DNA of 37,577 bases from Basidiobolus ranarum (GCA_040143965.1 JASJQH010006928.1:1-37577), one strand, 5' to 3'. Shown: positions 13,601-26,611, numbered from the stretch's first letter. Notes: generated by a model not told the origin, from the sequence alone. A program made the numbers and translations.

Positions 13601-14527
13601 TCCATCCCGCAAGCAAAAGCCATAACTCGAGTCAAACCTGCTGATTCTACGTCTTCGGCAACTTCTCATGAATCCTCAAGTAACTCTTCCATGATATCAT
13701 GGAATGTAATCCCTTGGATGAAGACTCGTGGTGCCTTGACTGTTGCTGAGATTGACGCACAAGATATAGCACGACAATTAACATCAATTGACTTCGAACA
13801 CTACTCTCTGATCCAGCCAGAAGAACTCCTAAATTTAGAATTCTCAAAGAAAGAAGGAAGCAAGTCAATCAATGTCAAGGCATTAACCAAACTTAGCAAT
13901 AAGATTACCGGCTGGGTTGCAGAAACGATCATCCGTGAACGAGATCTTAAAAAACGATGCTACTTACTGAAGCATTTTATAAAAATTGGCGAACAGTGCT
14001 ACAAGTTACATAATTATAATACTCTAATGGCCATCATGAGCGCATTGAACTCCACCACCATCACGCGGCTGAGAAAAACTTGGGAGCCCCTCAGTAACAA
14101 GACCAAAACTGTGCTAGAGGCCCTTCGGAAGGCAACTGATCACAGTCGAAACTATTGTGCATACCGATCGCGCTTGAAGACAAGTGAGATGCCCTGCTTG
14201 CCATTTTTCGGAGTTTATCTTACAGACCTAACCTTCATCCACGAGGGAAATCCAGCGTATCGTCGCAATGGTGGTACCTCAATGATTATTAACTTTGATA
14301 AGCATTACAAAAGCGTAAAAGTGATCCAAGAGATTCAACGGTTTCAACAAACAGACTTTCAATTCCCCGAACTTCCAGAACTTCGAGATTTCTTACGTGA
14401 CTCCCTAGATAAGATAGATTGGGGATCAGACTCCAGTAAACTTTACGAGGCAAGCCTTGAAATTGAGCCCAAAGAGGGACGAGACATCAAGAAGTTGGAC
14501 GGCTTGATGAGTTATATTCGACGTTAA
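10663..14527 (+). CDS. Cdc25-type Ras GEF with SH3 and WW domains, copy 2
   Basis: SH3 (LVDY...LPFKQGQLIHV...GWWDG...RGWFPSSYV), a WW exon near 11226-11345 (LPEYWHTKITSQGQRYYYNVITNDTAW), IWPP region, REM domain, and a CDC25 domain in the single last exon 13577-14527 (IARQLT, PCLPFFGVYLTDLTFIHEGNP, INFDK). Confidence 0.94.
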
Positions 14528-15276
14528 TTCTACCCTCGAAAATAATCGCCACCTAATCTATTCATCGTTTCTTGATTTCACTTTGTATTATTCAAGATTT
14601 AACTCATTTAGATTCATGAGAATACCCCCTTGTAGATTCTCGAAGACATCAATAATCTATCGGTATTTATTTTTCTTTCCAACCAGAGCTTCCCTTCTCA
14701 CAAACTTCCATAATCACTTAATCCCGTTTTTTGCAAATAGTAGTGCACATGCGTATTTTGTTACTTTACCAACAATCTCTCCTTGCAATCACCCTACCAC
14801 TCATGTATATTTAAATAGACAATCCGGTTATGCTTTAGAACATTCATTTTTTTGTATCTTTAAACTACACGTCTACATCCAGTGGGGTGGGATTCTTATA
14901 GAACAAAAGACTTTGAATAAACTCACTCCACTTCATTATACCACTCACTCGTGGGTTCATTAGCTTAATCAATGTTAAGTTCAGTGGTTTGGTGCAGATA
15001 TTAGCAATTGAATTGGGTCTTGGCTCACTCCCGTACTACTACTTGGTGCACTTCGTTGAAGGTTATTTAGCTTTATGTACATGACAAGAGATATTATTAA
15101 GAGAAAACTGGAATATCGCATCGATAAAATAGACTTAAAGAAATACTATGATGATTGACGTGAACATGGCAGTAAGTCAATTTCATACGCAGAGTTAAGG
15201 TTAAGTTTGAAGTAGAGATGGGAGAAAATGGAGTAACAAGTGGAAGTGTGAATGGTGAATGTTGATAACCTTTACC

Positions 15277-17030
15277 TTAAATTCTTAAGGCTTGAACTGA
15301 CTTCCCAAAACCAACGGCGATCCATTCAGACATAATGGGGGACCAAGAGAGTTGATTCACCTCCGCTTCAGCTGTATATGAAAGTAACGGATCTTGTAAA
15401 GATTTTGCGGGACGAGAAGCAGAAAGTTGTCGAAGATCCCATACAAGTACTTCACGATCATCCCCTAAAATAGCCAAAATTTAGGGAAGATTCATTAAAT
15501 TTGGATGGAATGTGAGATTTTACCTCCAGTACAGAGATGACTACTATTATGTGGCGCCCAACCTATACAATTCACATTCGCAACATGTCTACGAAGTTCA
15601 GTCACTGGAACTCCAGGTACTCTAAGATCTAAAATCTGAATATCCGTAGAATCCATATGAAAGGTGGCCAAATAGTTGGCATCGAGTTTGTTAAAACTTA
15701 AACGTAAAAGGGGTGCACCACTGGTTAAACCACTCGAGGCATTACTATTGGAACCGGTCGAAGCTGGCGTCTCGTAGATGATGGTGGAATGTTCCAAAGC
15801 ACTAAAGCACATATTTAAATCGAATCATCAGATGAATTACTCTTCTGCTATACTAACATCAACAAAACTCTTACCGAAGATCAAACATGCGAACACTACC
15901 ATCAGCACCTACACTGGCAAAAACATCCGCACTACCACTAGCAAATGCAACATCGTACACTTCACGATCATGCGCAATCAACTGAGTTTTAACTTGTTGT
16001 TTCTAAAATTTAATTAGTTACGAATCCTCTTAGCACTAGAATCGCTATGGAACTTACTTCAATATCCCACACTGTGCAAGTAGTATCAATACTACAAGTA
16101 ACCGCTAATTTGGGATCTGCCTCACACCAATCAAAGGATGTCAAAGGAGCTGCTAGCTCGCCTTTAGTCTAAATAATTAACCGTTAGTAAATTTCCCATT
16201 TTACAATATTGATAAGGTTGCATCCTTACATTACGAAGCAAGGCTCTTTGAACTAAACGTTGATGAGTTCGGCCAGCAGAGGTCATACTAGGGCTACCTC
16301 CAATGTGACTGTTTGTTGGCGCCCCATTATCAACAAGCTCCCAGAGTCTAAGATAATCTCCAGAACTAGCGAGTAAATCCGGACTAGAATGACCACCCTT
16401 TACAAGAAAATATATCTGAGTCAACATGTTCAAATGATGCTTATAAGCCATTTAAATTACTTTGTAAGGAGCCCAAGTAACTTTAGTGGGTGGATAATGA
16501 TGATCAACTTCTGCAGCACAATAGAAATCTCCAGAAGCTTGACGAAATTGCTCATCGGTCTCTGGAAGTTGTATGATTTGAATCTAGAAGGTCACAAAGA
16601 ATAGTATTCAGTAACTACTAAAGTAAAGTCAACTGTTCATTCTTATATCCACCTTGTTTGCGTATTCCTCAACAAAACTTCCAACAGCTAAACGGAACTT
16701 TTGATGACCTGGTCTTTTAGACCAGTCTAAATAGTATACAGGCCAAGGTGCGTTGTAAGTACATATCTCTTTTCTAGGCATAACATCTTGATGGCTTTGG
16801 TTAAAAACGGGAGAAGGATTTTCAACTGGACGGGGTGAATTAGGCACTGAGCCAGTCGGTGGATGTGAGGCGATCCCAGCTCCACTGGAACTTTGAGTAT
16901 TTTCTTTAGGAGTATAGGGAGGTAATGTATGAGATTGTGGGACCGAAGTGTGAGTTGATTGTGAAGGAGCATAGGCACCAGTGTGTCCACTTTGTGATTG
17001 ATGGGTTGGGAGAAGGCTTGGATGTGTCAT
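15277..17030 (-). CDS. DCAF7: WD40 protein of the DCAF7/WDR68/AN11 family (7 exons)
   Basis: Spliced product has [98 protein letters not shown] and PLLRLSFNK. Confidence 0.92.
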
Positions 17031-17441
17031 GTTGTAGTGTCAGGTTTGAAAGTATACTCCAAAATATGTACTACAAGTTATATCGATATATGAAAAAATC
17101 ACAATATTTCAGCTTTTTTACTTTTGAAGGAGAACTACCTTAAAGATATATCGAGTTTTGTCAAGTAAACTTTATCACCTTCTTGAAGAGAAAATTGAAA
17201 CTCAGAAATGGTCTGGAAATCAATGGGGTTGATTTTTCTATTCATTAATTTTTAGTGTTAAACCAGTGCATATCACAAATCTTCATTTCGATAAAAAAAA
17301 TTGCCCTGTTCAGTAGCTTTTCAATTTTTATAAATTTATATTATTAATCTATTGTATCCATGGAAATAATCAAAAAATAAAACAGCGAATACAAAATGAA
17401 AGCAATGTAAAGTGTGGATGCGTGCAATGCAAGAGACACGT

Positions 17442-19392
17442 TTACTTGAAATTCTTGTAAGAACGCTTCTCGTATTCCTTGAGTCTGTATCTTCTCCGGG
17501 CACTAGTGAATAGTATATAGGTTAGTTACTGTGAATGACTACAGCTATTACCAATAGTAATGTGTACCTGACGGGGACACGGGCTTCAACCAAGTTTCGC
17601 TCTTGAAGACTAGCAAATCGATCCTTGTACAAATTGCCTTCGGGCTGAGTGGGTGAAAGAATGGTCAGTCACGTTATACATTCAAATATTTTGAAATGTC
17701 ACTCTTACCTTTAATCTTCTAAGTGACTCAGGAAGCTCATCTTGTAATTTGACTTCGATGCTTGGAAGCTTGACCCTGAGGATTGATTAAAGTAAGTATA
17801 TGAAAATGACGCAGTGGAATGTAATATACGTACAAGTGCTTGCCAAGTTTCTTCTTTGGCTTCAATGCTTCTTCTTGAGCAATACGCTCTTTCTCCTGCT
17901 GTCTCTTCTCTCTTTCTTGTAATTCAGATTCAACTACCTTTTCAAGCTCACGAACTCTATAATACCAATGATTAGGTTAGAAGGTGTCGTAAAGTCAGTA
18001 ATTTCTGGAACTAACCTGGAGATTTCCTTGGCCATTTGTTTGTTCTTTCTACGCTTCTCCTCGTCACGTTCCTATATGATTTCCCACTGATGAGCGCTAT
18101 GTAACAAACACATAAGTGAAATGTAACTTTTTACATACTAGGACAATTCTACGAGCTTCTTTGTTTCTCTGGGTTTTTGTCTTCTTTGCAATTAGAGCTG
18201 CGTTTGAGGTGTCCTTTTTCGAGGCATCCTCTTGCATTGTTTCATCTTCTTCAAGAGTTTCCTATTAACAGGTGTCAGAGTAGATGCAACCGATACATTT
18301 TTTACTTTCAAATCCAACCTGTTCCTCATCCTCAGGAGATCCGTACTTTGCGATACGAACTAACGTTTGATTTTTGAGGCGCTTATCCATTTCAACTTGG
18401 CCAGCAATATTGATCAAGTCCTAAATAGAGATCAGCCATCAGTACGTCATGTGGATGTTGTTAGTTAATTCGTTTATAAATCACCTTTAGATCATGCTCC
18501 TGTGGGTTATAGGAAGCACCAGGATGAGCAATTTTGACTGCGGGGATTCCGGCAGGTCTCATGCTATAGGTTTCAGGAGCCTTGAGGTAACAATTAGATT
18601 GATGATGCGCGCACAATAACTTAATCTCGAGTTTTTACCTTCTTCTTCATCTTTTTGACACTCTCCAAAAATCCTTTCTCATTCTTAGCATCAATGGGAT
18701 CGATTTCTGAGAAGAGTGAAGCGATGTTAGTCGACTGAATAATGGGTATACTTGTTTAATGGGGGAGATTTCATACCTTCTGTTTCCCAGACATCGTATG
18801 CGGCATGCTTGGAGGCATGCTTCTTCTTAGGGAGTGTGTTGGTAGCATCGATTTTACGCTTTTGGATAGATTTGAGTTGAGCTTTGGTGAAATCAGACAA
18901 CTTTGATTGGTCTCTGGTTGGTTTGCTACCAACGGCAGGAACACTAGAGCGCTGTTCCAAAAGTTCGTCAACACGAAGCTTTCTGTGTTTAAGCTTCTTT
19001 TTCACTATTTATAGGTAGATATATAGGTTTAGAATAGAACTGATTGGGTTACACATATCGAAACAAACTAAGCATGAAAGGAAACACTACCTTGAGCATC
19101 TCCGTCAATATCTAAGGTAAAGAGCTGCTCATTGGAACGTTCTTGAAGTTTTCCACTAATATGTTGAAAAGGAGATTAAAAAAAGGAACAAACAGTGGGA
19201 AGAGCGTGCGGGTTTCAACAGCACACGACTAATCAAAGAGGAAGAAGATATTCACCCAAAAGCTCTTTCTTCAGCACGAATATCTTCAAGGGTGTTTTCC
19301 ACCTCAGTGATGTCAATATTCTTCTTCCAATTTTTCTTTCCCTTACGAGAACCTTTCTTCTTAGGTATAATGGGAGTAGATTGTGTAGACAT
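17442..19392 (-). CDS. NOP53: Ribosome biogenesis protein NOP53/GLTSCR2 (multi-exon)
   Basis: N-terminus MSTQSTPIIPKKKGSRKGKKNWKKNIDI, LFTLDIDGD, HPGASYNP, C-terminal EGNLYKDRFASLQERNLVEARVP and KEYEKRSYKNFK*. Confidence 0.93.
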
Positions 19393-19779
19393 TATTAAAG
19401 AAAAATAATCAAAGTAATAATTATACAATAATAAAACTGAGCAATAAGTGTGTAAAGAAAGTTTTATCTATCCGAATGGAACTTTTTTTTTGATTTTTCT
19501 TTTTGAATTTTCTCTTGGTTCTCTTTTTTTACTCTACTAAATTTCTTACCTTACCTATGGATGTTCAAATGGTGAAAAAAGAAAAAAATTCTAATCAGTC
19601 CCATTCACAGTCTTGATCGGATCTGATAATTCTGTGTAAATGCTGTTAAATTATGCTATTAGTTAACTGTCTTTTTTTGAAATTTAGGGCACTAACTGCT
19701 CATGTTGTAAGTGTTTCTTTTTAGTCAGTAATTGAGTCAACGTGTCAACCGCACCGTGTATATTAAGAGAAGTGACCTC

Positions 19780-21163
19780 ATGTGGTACGCAAAAAGATAC
19801 GTTCCTTTACAAGCTGGAAGTATAGATGGCACTGATACGGTACCACACGATCGTGCTGTACAGCGAGCACAATTAGCTAGATGTCAGTTTCCACTCAATT
19901 CTTCGTAACTCCAAGTAAAAAACTCAAAAGTAATTGTTTCCTTTTATTTTCATTTTGGTTCCTTAGATGTTCCACCCAAGGAAAGGAATGGAGTCTCGGG
20001 CGACCCATATAAAACTTTATTCGTTGGTCGTTTAAACCCAGAGACCACAGAAGGTAAACGGAACTACATATATAGGGGGATAGTTACTTGATTTTTCTTG
20101 GCTAACTTTCATCAACAACAAAATATTCTCACCCCTCTGCACTCCAATAGACACGTTATCCACTTTCTTTAGCACATATGGGCCTCTGATAACAACAACA
20201 ATAACCCGAAACTTTAGTAGAGTTACTCTTTAAGCAAATTTCTTATCATTCCTATTTCACTGCTAAACCTAAGTGATTTAATTGACTTCTTTTTAGTTAC
20301 TGGAGATTCACGTGGATATGGCTTCATTGAATTTAAAAATGAAAGAGATTGTCGTGACGCATATATGGTAATCTTCTTTTATGCTTAATGTTGCTTGACA
20401 AAGTTGTGGTATATATATCATTTAATCATCTTAGCATGCTAGTAAATCCACACTTGATGATAGACAAATTTTGGTTGACTACGAAAGAAGTCGAGTCATG
20501 GAAGGTTGGATACCACGTAGACTAGGTAAATGTGGATTTGATTAGGTTTTGCTGGTTAATTCATCATTTTCCGAGGTCAGAGTCCTAAATGACCATATGA
20601 TTAGGTGGAGGGTTTGGTGGTAGAAAAGAATCAGGTCAACTTCGCTTTGGAGCTAGAGATAGACCTTTCAAACGGCCTTTGTAAGTGAATATGGGTATAC
20701 TGTATGATGAACAATTAGTTAACAAACCCTTTGATCTTGTAGTAAACCCAAGGATTATCAGAATGCTCCCTCTATCGATCCCGAGCAACGTCACGATGAC
20801 TGCTGGAGAAGGTTGAATCCCCTTGGTCTCTCACCACGTGTAGATGATTCTCATAGTCATAGTCACGAAAACCGTGATCGCAATCACGAAACAAGTACTC
20901 ATAGAAAGCGAGAAAGATCTCGAGAGACTTATAGATCTCGAGATGATGAAGAACACACAAGAGATCGCAGACGCTCGTCTTTCGTCGATGAACGCTCACA
21001 TAGATCTAGAAATCGAGATGATACACATCACAGAGATCGAGAAAGAGGTAGAGATTATAGTTCACATCGAGAACAAAAGAGACACAAACGTGATAAATCA
21101 ACAAGTCCCTCACGGCACAAGAGCTCCTCAAGAAGATCCCATCGGAGCTCAAGACGCGACTAA
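19780..21163 (+). CDS. SNRNP35: U11/U12 snRNP 35 kDa protein (minor spliceosome; 7 coding exons)
   Basis: Spliced product reads [33 protein letters not shown] ([13 protein letters not shown]...[12 protein letters not shown]...[25 protein letters not shown]), [16 protein letters not shown], then an Arg/Ser/His-rich tail (ORF 20813-21163). AGSIDGTD and ESGQLRFG are characteristic of 35K rather than U1-70K. Confidence 0.92.
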
Positions 21164-21371
21164 AAAAGATATTTACCTCTTTTCATATGTATTATCATAG
21201 ACATTGCAATTCGACTCTAATAAAACCACAGATTTCCCATGGATTTTGTAATGGTTGAGGATTGTGTTAAATAATAGCTAATAGAAATCCACGTTGACTG
21301 TCGATTAGTCAATTCGATTTGTACATTTAAACCTTGTTTTACCTCGAACTTTCTTGTATATACTCTTGACA

Positions 21372-21940
21372 ATGAGTACAGCCCCTCATCTTCCTGGTAA
21401 AATTCTCTCTTTAGTGGGTTTGTTTGTTTTGTCCCACTCAGCCTACTCAACATACGAACGTAATTGCCATCTATATATACGTTGTGTAAAAAGGTTTACA
21501 TATTCTAAAATACTTTCACAGATCTATCTTATCTGAAAGCAGCTGAAAAACTGGAAAATGGTCTCCCCATAGATGTAATGGGTGGTTTTTTTGACGTTTC
21601 ACTTGAATAATATTAGTCGTTTTGTGTTCGGTTTTTTTACCTTTAGTTGTATACTAAAATTCGTTCTACACTTAGATTATAGTTGAATGTATGGTTGGTA
21701 TAATAATCTTTATGGTCGGGTTTACTTTAGTATCTGGTCCACTGAAGCCTATCCTTATGGAAGTCGAAATGGCGAAGCAGTAAGTTTTTAAAGTTCACTT
21801 TTGACTTCAAACAGTAAACCTTCACTTATCGACATTTCATTTATAAATATTCTCCTAGAACCATCTCAAAGTTTGATGCCCGTCCTTCTTTCCAAACTTT
21901 TAACCATCGTGGTGTATATCTTCATACTAAAAGAAAATGA
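21372..21940 (+). CDS. EMC5: ER membrane complex subunit 5 / MMGT1-like (4 exons)
   Basis: GLFVLSHSAYSTYEHLSYLK...LPIDIIVEC...GPLKPI...FDARPSFQTFNHRG matches the MMgT/EMC5 pattern. Confidence 0.88.
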
Positions 21941-22461
21941 TAACCAAAGAGTTCGCCACTATGGAAGAAGACCAACTTGATTTATATTTTCTCCTGACCC
22001 ATATATATATAACTTTGTCAACATACGATATTTGAACGAAGTACCTTGCGATACTGGTTAGGAAATATCTAGTCGTTTTGTTGGATTAAACAATTATTTA
22101 AGATTGAAAATCAACGGAAGTATGGCTTGAGTTAGCATTAATGAATAAACCATTTAAGCAACTCTGAAGGAAATCGGCTAATGTATGCTACTAATAGTAA
22201 ACTTTCCTTGATTGGTTTAGGATCTGTACTTACCATGTTATATTAGTATTAATCGGAATTGGCTGATGAAATGGAGAATTCAAGTATATAACTTGGCAAG
22301 AGTTGTTAATTTCAAATGAGATCATATATATATAAAGCCACTATTAGTTTGGGTGGGTATTTGTACCTGGTGAAGAAAGCAAGTTTTTTGTTGGTTGAAG
22401 CATATTGGGACTTTCCCAACAACTCTGGAGGTTTTCTTGTTTATTTTTCATAAGCAAAGCT

Positions 22462-23176
22462 ATGAGCTCATTTGACCCCATCAACTTTAGTCCTTATTCC
22501 CCCTCTCCTGACGAACAGAAGAGGACGCGCTCTGTTCCATATGACCAGATTCCTTCATCTTCTTACCAACAAGGTGGCGAAAGCTCTTTTTCTCCCTCCA
22601 TGGCGGGTAGAACTGAGGAGGGACAGGCACGTGTGAATCGGTTCGAATCGTCACTAAACCTTCGACTGGATATTGAAGCAGCTTTAGCCTATGTATTGTT
22701 CTCTTTTTCAGGTAAGTCGATATACTTCCTAAGATATTCTACTCTTTTCAGAGAAACCATTTAACCCACATACGTTTTAAGGGGTTCTCTTATTAATTAC
22801 TGAACAAAAGAATGATTACGTTCGTTTCCACGCTTGGCAATGTTGTTTAACTTTCACTCCATTACTCGTAAGTTCACCCAGTCTTTTGTGAAAAGGGAAA
22901 CTAGGTTGGTTTTTTAAAGCATGGTTTATTAGGTACTTCAATTCCTTGTCGCTTTCTTTTCCTCTTTTCTTTGGTGGATACTTCTATTATTGGAGTTCGG
23001 TTTGGCAGGATTCCTTGGGTATATTAATAATTTGAATATCTATCATAGTTGATTGACATACTAATACTATTCGAAAATCCCATAGTTACAAAGCATATAC
23101 GGATAGCGTATCTCTTGATAGATTCTTACTTCCATACGTGGGCGTATTGGCAGCTAATTGGGTGGATAGTGAATAA
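22462..23176 (+). CDS. UPF0132-like small multi-pass membrane protein (4 exons)
   Basis: Spliced: NRFESSLNLRLDIEAALAYVLFSFSGVLLLITEQKNDYVRFHAWQC...LWWILLLLEFGLAGFLGYKAYTDSVSLDRFLLPYVGVLAANWVDSE*. The E..NDYVRFHAWQ motif is typical of the family. Confidence 0.8.
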
Positions 23177-23717
23177 ACTTCGAGATCTTTCCTTTGATTA
23201 CATTGTTGATATCTAAACCAAATAACTGCATCTCAATAATAATCCTAATTCAATCGATTCCGATGATTTCTTTCCATTAGTTTCGGTGCATATATCATTT
23301 GCTTTAATCAAGTTTGCAAGTAGATGTATATACGTGATGCTTGCAATAAACAGAGGTGATTACAAGAACGTGTGTATGTAGTAAATTCTATACAAGAGAA
23401 ACTATTAAAGGGAAAAAATGAAACAATTCGCCCGAGAACCAACCCATGGATGAGTTAGGTGCCCGAGGCAAATGGGTATCAAAAGGTTCTTTCAAAAAGA
23501 GCAGGATATTACATTCAAAATTGGAAGATCACGGGAGAGGGGATAAGCGGGGGGGGGAATAATAGAGTAAAAGTTCCATGTCACAGAATAAACTTCACTC
23601 TTCACATTATGTTTATCTGGTAAATATTAATGTGATTGCTTTGATAAACAGGTGTCAATAAAGAACTTGCTTTATCGAACAGAGCTTATCAATAATGGTC
23701 CGGGATTAGAAGTTCAA

Positions 23718-25008
23718 TTACTTCTTTAGTTCAACATCCATGCTTTCATGTTCGTGAACTTGAGGGTTCACCGACAATACCTCCGAAGATACGATTCCGT
23801 CTTCATTTACGATCACTATCCCAGGGGCGTTGTTTACTAACCGTACGTCACACCCTTCGGCGGCCAATTCTCTTCTCAACAGTTCATCACTATATGATGT
23901 TCCTTGGGATTCGGCACCACTACTACCCCAGGTTTTCTTTGTCAGCATGCTTCGATAGTGATGTGCAAGTAACTGAGCGTCTTTGACGGTCAGTCTTAGT
24001 GAATGGCGTTTAGGGGTATCGGGAGTGTCGGCCAAAGGTGATAGAGAATCGACTTCACTAGCTGAGGTGTTTCCTCTTTGAAGATAAATGCTTCCATTTT
24101 GATCACTATAGCGGGGGTTCATCTTCTCATTGGTATATCCTACCCGACGTTGCCTGTTGGAGCGCTTTCGTAAAACAAATAGAATCGCTCCAATTATGAG
24201 AAATGCGAGAATACTCCCAATAGTGATACTGGCGATAGCCCCAGTTGAAAGTCCATTATGCTCATTCGATGGTAAGTTGGGCTCTTGTGGCTCACTACTT
24301 GCTGATGGCTTACTAATCTCAGTTTTACTCGAGGGAGTTGATGTTGAGGTAGATGCAGGTGCGTTAACTACATTGTTACTATGGGGTACATATGGAAAGC
24401 GAATATCTATATGAAAAGAAAATAGATTAGTCCAAGTCGAAGAATTATGAAGCACCAAGATCAAACCCGAACTAACCATATATCGAGAAAATGGAACCTT
24501 TTTCGATTCGAGAAGAACTGTCGTTGAGCGTGGATACGGTGAAAAAGAAATTCTTTCCAGTCACATTTTGAGTGGTTGGATATCCACTTCGGATATTATC
24601 GGTTAATGTAGTTACAACTGTGAGTAATCCTTTGCTATTGGTTATGTTAAGCCATTGCTGAACGGGATTGTAGTCATCATCTTCGTAATAAAGTTTAATA
24701 TTCACATATCCTTCGGTTAAAAATGTAGGATATTGATAATTCCAACGTAATAAGTTTTCTACTCCATTAAGCCACTGAGAGCCAGCAGTTGGCAGACAGT
24801 AGATTTGAGGCCCACAGGGAGACGTGTATATAGAAGCTGCAAATAAAGCCAAGTTAGATGTTTTGAACTACATGTCAACTGATAACTAGATAGGGTTAAA
24901 CTCACGGTCAACAGGTCCGAAAGTGATATTCGTCAAAGGAGGGACTCCTCCCCGACAACTCGTTATAGAAACAATAAAGATAGCAAACTTCACAAGTAAA
25001 AGTAACAT
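23718..25008 (-). CDS. Type-I single-pass membrane protein (signal peptide, beta-rich ectodomain, Ser/Thr stalk, TM, cytoplasmic tail; 3 exons)
   Basis: Signal peptide MLLLLVKFAIFIVSITSCRG from ATG 25008; ORF 24472-24852 supplies the ectodomain; ORF 23718-24479 supplies the stalk, GLSTGAIASITIGSILAFLIIGAILFVL TM and RKRSNR stop-transfer. Two GT-AG introns keep the frame. Confidence 0.78.
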
Positions 25009-25785
25009 TTTGTGGATATTCAAGAAGATCTTCTAAAGATATGTAGGGCTAATATCTAGTGCTAATATCTTAACTATAATGTTGAACAAAGGACTGACTC
25101 AAAGAGACGATTGGGAATGAAAATAGAATGAAAAAAGAACGGAGCTTCAGGAGCAATGGAGGCGATTTATATTTACTACTATATGCGGTATGTGCAATGT
25201 CGAAATGATCTAAATTAGCCCAGATTCCCAAAAGAGGCATCGATTGAAGCAACCAATGATTTAATCTAGATTTGGATCCTTAGCGGCTCGAAGAATTCTG
25301 TTGTTTCCATCAAACAAATGGAGGAGTGGTACAAGTCGTGGGATCAGGTGTGTTACCAGCAGCGACGATAATGCAATTTAGACGATCAGGTAGCCATATC
25401 AAGAATTATAAGTCAAGACTATCCAGAACCAATGTGATGTTTCAATGACGAGGATATATGTTTACAACACCTACAGTATAAGTATCTATATATATATTCA
25501 TGCTAGCCACACTAAATACAAGCGTCTTTTACCATAAGCGCCTTTTCTGTGCGAAGATTTGCACATCCTATATATAAATCTAGACTGGGTTGGAAAATCA
25601 ATATCTAATTATGGCGACGTCATCAGTAATATGAGTATTTAATAAGGCACAAGAGAAGGTAGGGGTGCTTAAAGGGTATTTTGTTGACCTGAACCCACTT
25701 TAAGGATATTTAGCTCGAGTGGCAAATACCGCTGCTACTTAGGTAATGCAGGATTGCCCACATCTGCACATCACTCACATACACT

Positions 25786-25830
25786 TAGCCCTTACCCTCA
25801 ACCTCAACCTCAACCTCACCCTCACCCTTA
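25786..25830. repeat. Degenerate hexamer microsatellite (ACCTCA/CCCTCA/CCCTTA)
   Basis: CCTTACCCTCAACCTCAACCTCAACCTCACCCTCACCCTTA seen directly. Confidence 0.8.
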
Positions 25831-26390
25831 TAGACATAGATTCATCTGCATTCAATTCGCATTCAATATTACTTAGGCTAAGTGATCCGTAAAGTGATTC
25901 GTTAGACATCATAATTATCCATCTACATAATATGTTTGGTAACAAATAACCACATAATATGCTTAGTAACCTGCTGGAACTAATGGCCTTCAAACTACTC
26001 AACATTATTCGTACAACTTAATCTATGCTGCAAATACAAGTTTGAAAGTGTGGATGGGTGGCTATAGATGGGTGGATAAGTGGCTATAGATAGGCATCCA
26101 ACTCGAGTAGTTATAGATAGGTGTGCGGTAATCAAGTTTTCTCAAATCAATGCACCATCCATTTGATATTAGTGCCACCTCAATAGATGACAATGATGGG
26201 ACCTCGCACTTCTATTTCTTGTTATTTCTAACCTAGCCCTGCCCTAGCCCTAGACCTCTCGATATTTAATAAATTACAATATAATCCATTAGAAATCCTT
26301 AATTATCAATAATCCAAGCTGTTGAACTATCACCAATGTATAATAGGATACAACAATCTCATTGGCCATTTGCCATTTGTTTCCTATGTA

Positions 26391-26478
26391 TGTTCTTCGA
26401 CAAATGGAAACTATGTAGACTATGACAAATGGTCTGTTCTTCGACAAATGGAAACTATGTAGACTATGACAAATGGTC
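26391..26478. repeat. Perfect direct tandem duplication, 2 x 44 bp
   Basis: TGTTCTTCGACAAATGGAAACTATGTAGACTATGACAAATGGTC at 26391-26434 and 26435-26478. Confidence 0.95.
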
Positions 26479-26611
26479 CATCAATTACGAAAGAAATGTA
26501 TATGACATTACGAGAGTCACTATATATGTCACTAATCCATCAGACCAACTCAATATAGACGGTAATCACCCGACTCTTCCCTTATTCTTTACTATAGATA
26601 TTTAAGTTGAA

